Part shown: one piece after another, positions 13,301-22,408 of the stretch
How the letters are laid out: each line of letters begins with the position of its first letter
Position numbering within the stretch: the stretch's first letter is position 1
NCBI GenBank assembly: GCA_964016885.1
Contig: OZ024743.1
Location: forward strand, 376,278,001 to 376,342,000
DNA length: 64,000 nucleotides
From: Eledone cirrhosa
Lineage: Eukaryota
Direction of reading: 5' to 3'
Program-made: the position numbers and the translations under genes
Notes under the pieces: generated by a model
Told to the model about the DNA's origin: nothing
Seen by the model: only the letters and a program-made list of their open reading frames with translations
Database searches by the model: none

Positions 13301-16300
13301 TCAGCTTCCTGTAACCAGGCCCTTGTGTATGAAGTCTGTCTATGTCGATCTCACAGATCACAAATTTGTGGTCTGTGTAGTCGACTATTTTAAATTGTGG
13401 ACAACTTATACTAGCCTTATCTAGTTCTCTGCAGAAAACCCTATCGAGATACGATCTGGATGACCCGATGCGGTTTGTCCATGTCCACATTGGCACATTC
13501 GGGTGATCCAGTCGATACCTGTCAGACAGTTCAAAACGTCTGAGCAGGTTGGTGAGGCTCTTGCACCCTCCTCCCCTATCCACTAGCCCCACACGATCCC
13601 AGCGTGCATCCAAGATACCGTTCCAGTCGCCCACTAACACTAAAAAGCGGGACGTTCCAAGAAAGGTCTCTAGACGTCTGAAGAAATCTGGCCGTCCTGC
13701 CCCTGTTGGGGGGTAGACGGCTACTAGCCTGAAAGCATTGCCTTCGCTGCCGGTCACGTCCAGCACCACCGACTTACCTTCTGGGTCCAGGAAGATGGCC
13801 CGTATCGCGAGATCTAAGCCTCTCCGAAAAAGGACGGCAACCCCTCCCCCGATCCTGGACGGCTGGGAGATGCGTATACATCGTAGCCGCCGAAGATCGG
13901 TGCGAAGGCTTGTGCTTCGGAGATTCTGGTTTCACTGATGGCCACCGCATCTATGTTTAGTGACCTGAGGTCATTGAGTAGGTGACCCTGCTTCCAAGAT
14001 GACCCCAGGCCACGTGCATTTATACTGCCTATTCTGAGTACAGCCATGTTGGATGAGAAACGGGGCAAATGAGAAAGGGTCACTTACCTTGTTCGTGTGG
14101 TGAAGGGACAGTAGAACCGTCCCTTTCGCTGGTCATGGGTGTTTCCAAGAGGATGTCAGTGTATATCCTCTTGGTAACCATCCCTCTGAAGTCTCCAACT
14201 GTGTTGGGGAATTTTTGTTTTAAAGGTTTGTACTGTTCTATTGAGATTTCGATGATGCTTATGTTTGTCGGGAGAGTTCTTGGTGTTGGTGGGGTGTAGT
14301 AGTTTTTTTTTCGTGAGGTCTGTGTGCTGCTTTATATATTGTATGAGTTCTTTTTTTGCCATGTTTATGGCTGTGTACTTTTTTGGGGGAGGGGTGATTT
14401 TGTTGCCGTTTTCTTCTTGTTGCTGTTTGGTGTGTGTGTCTTGTTGTGTTTGCGTTGTTGGTGTTTGTGGTGGTGATAGTGGTGGTGTTGCTACAAGTTC
14501 CCTTGCTGCCTTTACCCCTCTTTGTATGCCTTCACTTTTGGGGGGGTGAATCTAAGGGTTTTTTTCTTTTTTTTTTTTTTGTGGCAGACTGTTTGCCACG
14601 TCACTCCCGCTTCAAAATCCATGTCGGATTCTGTGGCGTCTGGGAGGGGTATGTGCTGCACGGCTGTTGGTGGTTGTAGTGGAGCCCTCTTCGGCAATTT
14701 TGTTGCTGGTGTAGCTATTTCAAATGTAGCTATTGGTGTTGCCGCTACTGATGATGCTGCTTTAGCTGTCCGTGGCCTTGGTACGGGTGCTACGGACGTT
14801 GCCCTCCTACTCACCGTGGAAGGGGTTTGTTCGTTTGTTGCCTGTCCTGCTCTTGGTAGCAGCGGACCATGTATTGGAAGGAGAGGGGCCCTCTTCTGTG
14901 TCTTCTGCGGGCAAAAGGCCCTGAGGTGACCCTTCGACCCACAGAGATAACATTTTGGCCGTCTTCCTTCTACACTTATAGGGAGTTGGAGTCCTTCCTC
15001 GAAGTCTATGATATCGGGGATAGCCTCGATACATTCCTGGTCAGTTTGTATAAGAATTTGCATGCCTATACCTGACCAGTTCTCTCTCCCTATTTTTTCT
15101 ACTTGCAGCATGGTCGCCCTGTTCTCAATTCCAGCAAGGACAGACGCGGCCAGCCACGGATTGGGCACGTCGGGTGGGACCTGGGTCACTTTGACCCTCA
15201 CAATTTTCTCCCCGCAGTAGGAGGGCACCAAGACTAACTCCTCACTCTTTAGGATTTCCAAAGAGTGAGACTTTGCTTCCTGGGGGGTGGCGAAAAGTAC
15301 GTCTACTGTGGCGTACTTTCTGCCTCGGGTGATGTGGGTTTTGCGTGCCCAGACGCACCCCAAGGCCTTTTGGATTTGAGCCTCCGTGGCTCTCTCCACT
15401 CGATGTAAGATTTTGCTTACGGTGCGGTAAGTCACCGTCCGTAGCTGCTGGTCCTTGAAAAAATCGGGTGGAGGTTTCAGGGAAACTCTGTTTGCGCTTC
15501 TTGTCACCATGGCCCTTGCGACTGCCATCTCCTCCTCTGTGACTAACACTGTCTCGATATTTCGGGCGACACCTGCAAAAGAAGTGGTCCCTTTTTCAGC
15601 AGCACCACTATTGCTGCCGCTACTGGTCTTACTGGTGGTGCTGAAGTCGCTATTACAGGTATCGGTGTCATTGTTGTTCTTTTCGCTGGTACAGTTGTTG
15701 GTGTTGTTTTCGTTGATACTGTTGCTGCTGTTACTGTTATTGTGGCTGTTGTTATTATTATTGTTTTTGTTGATACTGTTCCTACTATTATTGTTGTTGT
15801 GGCTGTTGTTATTGTCGTTCTCGACCTTACCGCTGTTATTTTTGTTATTGTCGTTCTCGGCCTTACTGCTGTTATTTTCGTTCTCGACTTTACCGCTGTT
15901 ATTTTTGGTATTGTTGTTGGTGATGTTGTTGGTGTTATTGTTGGTGTTGTTTGTGTTAGAAATATTTGTTAATTTTAAATCTGTAACAATCTTTTTTTCC
16001 TTTATAATATTTTCGTTTATATTTACCTCCGCTGGAACGCTGTCTTGTTAACATGCTGATAAAGTCTCCCTCTCTCTGTGTTGTCTGAGAGCGCTCTCTC
16101 TCTTTCTTGTGTTATCCATGTTAAAACTTTTCAAACATTTTTTTTTACACAAATACGAATACGACACCCCGTAAAGGGGTGCCATATTATTTACTAGTGA
16201 ACCCCTGTATTAGGTGGGTCACTTCTAAACTTTTATCAAATTTAAAACTTGAATAAAAGGTTTAGAACGGTTGAAAAAGAGGTAAAACGTTGAAAAAAAA

Positions 16301-16335
16301 AAACTGGAGACGATAAGAAGCGTGGCTTCACCAAC
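10374..16335 (-). mobile_element. Tx1-like subfamily TxC, full length (~6.0 kb), degenerate
   Basis: ORF1 ~14080-16119 (CYLCGSKGHLRAFC knuckle; premature stop and frameshift); ORF2 10668-14047 in pieces; distinct UTRs; (AAT)n on both sides. Confidence 0.92.
10668..14047 (-). pseudogene. TxC ORF2 (APE-RT-CCHC), frameshifted
   Basis: Pieces 13814-14047, 12888-13769, 12598-12954 and 10668-12500; YADD present; deletion near 12700 removes KSPGLD. Confidence 0.88.
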
Positions 16336-16373
<38 letters not shown>

Positions 16374-16620
16374 TTTCTTTATTAACCACAAGGGTTTACA
16401 TAAAGTAGACATTAAGGACAGTGCAGGACAATGCAGGACGGTACAAATGGGCATTTCTGCGTGTAAAAAACAAAAACAGAGGATGTAACAAAAATAACAA
16501 TGAAAAATTCCCCAATAGGGGGGAGACTTCGGAGGGACATTTGTGGAGAAAGCCCAGTAAAAAGCCACAATGACCCTGACCACCAAGGCAAGTGCCCTCT
16601 CCCAGTTTTCCACCTTTAAT

Positions 16621-19600
16621 TTACAGATATATGCTCAGAGTAGGCCCATTCACTCGGGCCATTCTTGCTTCTCTCACCCATCTTTCAACAAAATGCTGGG
16701 AAGAGAGCACTTCCCTCTCTACTCTGATTTTCCTTTTCAAATGAAATTTGAAAAAGTCAATCAGAGCATCACCGAAGAGGTAAGTGCTCGTCTTCAGCCC
16801 TTTCAAACGTGTCCACCATACTATCTCTTTCGCCATGGCCACCAGGCAGATAAAAACTGCCTGCCCTTCCCGGCTAAAGGAGGAGGGCGGGGCAATCCTC
16901 ACGATGGACTCAGATGATAGCCGGATCCGTCCTAAACGCGACAGCAGGTGTTCGACATAAACCCACAAGTCAGCAATTTTCGGACACTGGACGAGTGCGT
17001 GCAGGACGGTTTCGTCGCCCTGCGCGCATCTCGGACATGCCCGGCTGACGGCACCTCCATGCCTGTAGAGTTTATCCCGAACTGGCAAGGCTCCTCGGTA
17101 GCACTGCCAGGCCAGAGATTTCTGGAAGTTGTCCATAGGCCCTGGCCCGAAAGTTCTTCCGAAGAGATTGGCTAGTTGATTTTCGTCGACGCCTAGAGTT
17201 TCCCCAAGTACGTCGTCGCTCTTCCCCTCCACTAATCCTCTATAGAACGCCGAGGTGGAGTTTCCACCGATCACATTGCCCGATTGGTCGAGGGCTGTGA
17301 GCGCCTGAAGACATTCCAGTCTCCAGGCGCTCCTTCTCGGTCTTCGCTTGACCCAGGACTGCAGCTCCGTCAAGGAAACGAGCTGGGGAAACACGCGTCT
17401 AGCAAACGGCGACCACACCTGATCACCGTCGAGGAAGAGGTGGAGATGTCGTAGCCTGAGCGCGTGCCTGCGCATCATCAGCCACGGCATGCCCAGCCCT
17501 CCACGTAGCGGGTGTTGACAACAGATGGACCGCCTGACCATCGGAGCGCGTCCCTTCCACAAAAAGCGAAAGAGCAAACGCTCCAGCACAGTCAGGCGAG
17601 GCTTAGGACAAGGTACGACGGTCAGGCGGTAGCAGATGACGGACGCGATGTACGCGTTAGCCACCTCCGCTCGACCTTTCAGGGATAGCTTCCTCTCGGC
17701 CCATTTCTGGGTGAGAGAAGCCACCCTGCTCGTCACCTCGTCCCAGTTTTTGTCCGTCTGGAGGTCCGGACCGAACCAGACCCCTAGCAATTTAACCGGT
17801 CCGTCCGTCCAGCGTCCGACGACGCTGTTGGACGGCATGGACCTGCCTCTCCAGGTGCCGAGCTGCAGGCCCACTGACTTTTCCTGGTTGATCATTGCTC
17901 CTGTCACCGCTTCGTATTCTCTTAGTGTAGTGCCGATCGCCTCGATGTGTTTGGCGTTCGACACCACTACGGTGACATCGTCCGCATATGCTGATACGGA
18001 TCTTCCGCATCCTAGTTCGCGCGGGACCCCCCTCAACGTCTCCAGTTTGTGCAGTAATGGCTCGAGAGTCAATACGTACAAGAGGGACGAGAGGGGACAT
18101 CCTTGGCGGACCGAGCGCATGATGTTGAACGGTTCCGACAGGTGACCGTTCACTCTCACCACAGAGCAGATGTCGCTGTGCATGGCAGCGATCCAGCCTC
18201 TGAAGACGGGCCCAAAGCCAGCCGCCCTCAGGACTGCCGCTAGGTAACGATGGTCGACCCTATCGAAAGCTTTCGACTGATCTAAATTGATCAAGGACCC
18301 ACCCGTGCCAGGTTCCCTAGCTACCCTCTCTACGATGTATCGCATGAGGTGGAGGTTGTCGTGGATGGATCTGTCGGGAATGGCGCATGTCTGCGCCTCT
18401 CCCACCAGACCACCAACGACAAGCGCCAACCTCTTTGCTAGCACCTTGGCCAAAATCTTAAACTCTGTGTTTAGCAGAGTTATGGGCCGGAAATTTTCTA
18501 TGTTATCCCCCTTGTTCGGATCCTTTCTCAGCAGTGCCACCGCTCCTCGGCTCACAGAACTGGGAATTCTCCCGTTCTGTTGCCAGTTGCAGTAGACGTC
18601 CGCCAAGAGGCCTCCGAACAAGTCTGGCATCTGTACGTAAAGTTCATAGGGCAGACCATCCAAACCAGGCGATTTACCCCTTGTGCAGCCAGTCATTGCC
18701 TCCCTTACTTCAGCGGCTGTTATCGGCTTTTCGCAACACTTCGCCTCAGTGGCCGAGAGCCGCGGCAGTCCGTCGAGGTAGACACTAAAGTCCATCCCTC
18801 TACCCGGCCCACCGCTGCCCCCGAACAGCTGAGCGAAGTGTCGCTGAAAAGCTTCACACATTTGCCCGGGATCGAGTAGCATGCGCCCGTCGTGGTCCAC
18901 CAAAGACCGGATCGTGGCTTTGTTGCCACGACGCGCCTCCGCCACTCGGGCCCATTGAACGGCTTTCGTCCCCTCGTGTCTGAGAGCACGCACCCTTGCT
19001 CTGACAACGCAGCCTTCGTGCTTTGCATTGAAGAATTGGTCAAGGGCCAATTTCGCCGCAAGCACGTCGGTCGCAATGCCTTTGCTAAGCGCCTCGTCTA
19101 ATTTTCTAACTAGTTCTCCCTCTGCTCTATTTTTCTCTATTGCTAAAGCCTTACTAAATCTAATCGATTCTATTCTAATCGCTCTTTTCAGAGCAAACCA
19201 CCACTTGTTGTTGACGATGGCCCCCGTCAACGCCCGCTTAACTAGTTCGCTAATCCGGTCTCTGTAGGCCTTGCGCGCTGGTAAGGACGCGTTTAGCTTC
19301 CAGTAGCCGGGTCCTCGTCTATGAAGCCTATCTAAGTCAAGCACACAGATCACGAATTTGTGGTCCGTGTAGCTGACTATCTTGAATTGTGGACAGCCTA
19401 TGCTAGACCTATCTATTTCCCTACAAAATACTCTATCTAGATATGATCTGGATGACCCTATGCGGTTTGTCCAAGTCCACATTGGCACATTCGGGAAATC
19501 CAATCGGTACCTGTCAGACAGTTCAAAACGCCTGAGCAGGTTGGTGAGGCTCTTGCACCCTCCACCCCTATCCGCTAATCCCACACAGTCCCAGCGTGCA

Positions 19601-20040
19601 TCTAAGATCCCGTTCCAGTCGCCCACTAACACTAAAGAGCGCGACGTTCCAAGAAAGGTCTCCAGACGCCGGAAGAAATCAGGCCGCCCTGCTCCTGTCG
19701 GGGCATAGACGGCCACTAGCCTGAAAGCTTGCCCGTCTCCGCTGGTCACGTCCAGCACCACCAGCTTACCCTCTGGGTCCAGGAAGATGGCCCGTATGGC
19801 GAGATCCAAACCTCTCCGAAAAAGTACAGCAACTCCTCCACCGGATCCAGGACGGCTGGGAGATGCGTACACATCGTAGCCGCCGAAGATCGGTGCGAAG
19901 GCCCGTGCTTCGGAGATTCTGGTCTCGCTGATGGCCACTACATCTATGTTTAGTGACCTGAGGTCGTTGAGCAGGTGACCCTGCTTCCATGACGACCCCA
20001 AGCCACGCGCATTTATGCTGCCTATTCTGAGTGAGGTCAT
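16621..20040 (-). CDS. Tx1/L1-clade ORF2p: APE endonuclease, reverse transcriptase, C-terminal CCHC finger (1139 aa)
   Basis: APE motifs NARG, SETR, VYAP, GDWN, YLDR, TDH; RT motifs KSPGLDG, RPITLLN, DQSKAFD, RQGCPLS, YADD; CPRC-x8-H-x4-C. Confidence 0.96.
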   Translation of the reverse strand: MTSLRIGSINARGLGSSWKQGHLLNDLRSLNIDVVAISETRISEARAFAPIFGGYDVYASPSRPGSGGGVAVLFRRGLDLAIRAIFLDPEGKLVVLDVTSGDGQAFRLVAVYAPTGAGRPDFFRRLETFLGTSRSLVLVGDWNGILDARWDCVGLADRGGGCKSLTNLLRRFELSDRYRLDFPNVPMWTWTNRIGSSRSYLDRVFCREIDRSSIGCPQFKIVSYTDHKFVICVLDLDRLHRRGPGYWKLNASLPARKAYRDRISELVKRALTGAIVNNKWWFALKRAIRIESIRFSKALAIEKNRAEGELVRKLDEALSKGIATDVLAAKLALDQFFNAKHEGCVVRARVRALRHEGTKAVQWARVAEARRGNKATIRSLVDHDGRMLLDPGQMCEAFQRHFAQLFGGSGGPGRGMDFSVYLDGLPRLSATEAKCCEKPITAAEVREAMTGCTRGKSPGLDGLPYELYVQMPDLFGGLLADVYCNWQQNGRIPSSVSRGAVALLRKDPNKGDNIENFRPITLLNTEFKILAKVLAKRLALVVGGLVGEAQTCAIPDRSIHDNLHLMRYIVERVAREPGTGGSLINLDQSKAFDRVDHRYLAAVLRAAGFGPVFRGWIAAMHSDICSVVRVNGHLSEPFNIMRSVRQGCPLSSLLYVLTLEPLLHKLETLRGVPRELGCGRSVSAYADDVTVVVSNAKHIEAIGTTLREYEAVTGAMINQEKSVGLQLGTWRGRSMPSNSVVGRWTDGPVKLLGVWFGPDLQTDKNWDEVTSRVASLTQKWAERKLSLKGRAEVANAYIASVICYRLTVVPCPKPRLTVLERLLFRFLWKGRAPMVRRSICCQHPLRGGLGMPWLMMRRHALRLRHLHLFLDGDQVWSPFARRVFPQLVSLTELQSWVKRRPRRSAWRLECLQALTALDQSGNVIGGNSTSAFYRGLVEGKSDDVLGETLGVDENQLANLFGRTFGPGPMDNFQKSLAWQCYRGALPVRDKLYRHGGAVSRACPRCAQGDETVLHALVQCPKIADLWVYVEHLLSRLGRIRLSSESIVRIAPPSSFSREGQAVFICLVAMAKEIVWWTRLKGLKTSTYLFGDALIDFFKFHLKRKIRVEREVLSSQHFVERWVREARMARVNGPTLSIYL

Positions 20041-20075
20041 GTTTAAAATAGAGTGGAAAAGATGGGAAAGACCAC

Positions 20076-22169
20076 TTACCGTACTTTTGGTAGAGGAGGG
20101 ATGGTTTTTACATCCCTTTTCACTTGATCGTCTGGTGAAGGGACCGTTGAATCGTCCCTTCGGCTGGTCGTCGGCTCTTCTAAGAGAATGTCTGAGTATA
20201 CTCTTCGATTGATGGTTCCTCCTAGGTCCCTGAAATCACCAACTGCGTTGGGGAATTTCGTTTTAATATTTGTGTATTGTTTCTGTGCTATTTTTAGCAG
20301 TCTTATGTTAGTTGGCGTTTTGATTGGTGCTGGTATTATGTAGTCCTGTTGTGAAATGTCTGTGTGTTCAATTATGTAAGTCATTAGTTTCTTGTTGTGT
20401 GTATTTATTGCCGTGCATTTGTTTTTCTGGGGGTGGGGTGTGGTTCTGCTATTTTCTTGTCGTTGTTGCTGGGTGTGTGTGTTTTGTTGTTGTGTTTGCG
20501 ATGTTGGTGCTTGTGGTGGTGGTGTTGAAGGTGTTGTTGGCGGTGGGGTTGTCGCCGGTGGTGATGGTGGCGCTAGTGTGGGTGGTGATGGTGTTGGTGT
20601 TGTTGCTGCTGTGGGTCTCTTTGCAGTAGACTTTACCCTTTTCTCATTTCTTTCCTCCCTTTTCAAAGGCGACGATGCGCTGCTTCTGCGTTTGTGCCTT
20701 CTTACGACCTTTTGCCATCTCTCTCCCACCTCACACTCCATGTCTGATTCTGTGAGGTCGGGGAGGGGTACCAACTCCACTCTTTCACTTGTTGTTGTTG
20801 GTGATGTTTGCACTGGAGTCTCTGTTGCAGCTGCATTTGGTATTGCTGTTGTTGTTGTTAGTATTTCCACTGCTGCTGCTGTTTTTGATTTCCGTGGAGT
20901 GGGTATGGGTGCCACGGGCCTATCGTTCCTGGTTGCCGCTTGTCCTGTTGCTGGTAGCCGTGGAGCCGGATTCGGAAGGAGGGGGGTTTTCTCCTTTCTC
21001 AGGGTCTTCTCGTTGCAGAAGGCCCTGAGGTGAGTCTTCGATCCACAGCGAAAGCATTTCGGGCGTTTGCCCTCAACACTTATGGGCAGTTGAGTGCCGT
21101 TATCGAAGTCTATCACATCCGGGATAGCTTCGATGCACTCCTGGTTGGTTTGGATTAGCATCTCAATGGAGGAGCCGACCCAATCTTCTCTTACTTTTTT
21201 CTGTACTTGCAGTACAGTTGTTTTGTCCTCGATTCCGACGAGGACAGACGCGGCCAGCCAAGAAGGGGTCATTCCGGGGGGGACGTGGGTCAGTTTGACC
21301 CTCACAATTTTTTGCCCACAGTAGGAGGGCACCAACACCATTTCCTCGCTCCTTAGGGTCACTACTGATTGGGCCTTTGCCTCCTGGGGTGTGGCAAAAA
21401 GTACGTCTACGGTGGCATATTTTTTGCCTCGGGTGATGTGCGTTTTCCGCTGCCACACAGACCCCAAGGCTTTTTGTATTTGGGCCTCTGTGGCTCTTTC
21501 CACCCTACGGGATTTTGTACTTACTGTACGGTACGTGACCGTACAGTGCTCTTGGGTTTCGAAAAATTTTTTCGCTGCCTTGCAGATTGCTCGGTGTCCG
21601 TTCTTTGTCACCATCTTCTTCGCTTCCTCTAATTCCTCATTTGTTATGAGGATTGTTTCCAAGTTTTTCGCAATACCTGCAAATGAGATTGGTTTTTCTC
21701 TGCTGTTGTTGTTGTCGTCAGAGCTGCTGGTACTTTTGTTGTTGCTGCAGGTACTACGACTACTGCCTCCGCCGCTGTTGCTGTGGTTGTTGTTGGTGTT
21801 GCTGCTGCTAATGCTGTTGTTGTTTATGCTGCTGGTGATGCTGTTGCGGCTGCTACTGTTGTTTTCATTGTCACTGTTGCTGTTGTTATTACGGCTGCTA
21901 CTGCTATTATTCCTGACGTCAGACGAATGAACTGGGTTTTCGTATTTCCCGCACACCTGTTTCGTCGCTGTCGTCGTCGTCGTGGAGAAACCTTGCACGC
22001 TTTGCACGAGACTTTTCTTTTCTTTCGTCACTTGCGAAAGAGAAGGGAGGGAGAGAGACACATTTAAAGAAGGGAGGGAGAGAGACAATCTTCTCTCTGC
22101 TGTAGTGATGATTGAGGAAGAAGACGGAATGAGTGGGAGTGACGTATGAAATTTCTTTTTTGTAGCCAT
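20076..22169 (-). CDS. ORF1p, gag-like nucleic-acid-binding protein (697 aa)
   Basis: CX2CX4HX4C knuckle, Asn/Ser low-complexity N-terminus, Pro/Thr-rich C-terminus, position upstream of ORF2. Confidence 0.9.
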   Translation of the reverse strand: MATKKKFHTSLPLIPSSSSIITTAERRLSLSLPSLNVSLSLPSLSQVTKEKKSLVQSVQGFSTTTTTATKQVCGKYENPVHSSDVRNNSSSSRNNNSNSDNENNSSSRNSITSSINNNSISSSNTNNNHSNSGGGSSRSTCSNNKSTSSSDDNNNSREKPISFAGIAKNLETILITNEELEEAKKMVTKNGHRAICKAAKKFFETQEHCTVTYRTVSTKSRRVERATEAQIQKALGSVWQRKTHITRGKKYATVDVLFATPQEAKAQSVVTLRSEEMVLVPSYCGQKIVRVKLTHVPPGMTPSWLAASVLVGIEDKTTVLQVQKKVREDWVGSSIEMLIQTNQECIEAIPDVIDFDNGTQLPISVEGKRPKCFRCGSKTHLRAFCNEKTLRKEKTPLLPNPAPRLPATGQAATRNDRPVAPIPTPRKSKTAAAVEILTTTTAIPNAAATETPVQTSPTTTSERVELVPLPDLTESDMECEVGERWQKVVRRHKRRSSASSPLKREERNEKRVKSTAKRPTAATTPTPSPPTLAPPSPPATTPPPTTPSTPPPQAPTSQTQQQNTHTQQQRQENSRTTPHPQKNKCTAINTHNKKLMTYIIEHTDISQQDYIIPAPIKTPTNIRLLKIAQKQYTNIKTKFPNAVGDFRDLGGTINRRVYSDILLEEPTTSRRDDSTVPSPDDQVKRDVKTIPPLPKVR

Positions 22170-22408
22170 GTTGTTTTTTGTTTAAAATGAAATTTTGGGT
22201 ACAAAACCCCAATAACTGATTATTTAACCCCGAAGGGCCAAATAACGGACAGAAAGACCCCTCTCACGAGGAGGAGGGTGTCTTTATCAACAATTTGGTT
22301 CAAGTTTTAAACAATTTACAATTGTTTTAACGGTTAAAAATTACTATGCCTTACAGAGCCGAGCCTCCGTCAACCATGGCATTCAATAATAATAATAATA
22401 ATAATAAT

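Larger units (their letters stand above)
16372..22384 (-). mobile_element. TxA copy A2, full length, both ORFs intact
   Basis: 5' UTR ~215 nt, ORF1, 35-nt spacer, ORF2, ~250-nt 3' UTR with AATAAA, then (ATT)n. Confidence 0.96.

Noticed and set aside
15455-21930. Plus-strand Leu/Val-rich membrane-protein-like ORFs opposite ORF1 (also 5683-6147, 34264-34803, 47230-47676)
   Set aside because: Antisense shadows of AAC/AGC-rich Asn/Ser/Thr codons in ORF1
22300-22384. HDV-like ribozyme at the TxA 5' end
   Set aside because: The nested double pseudoknot could not be assembled by eye; an RNAmotif/Infernal search would be needed
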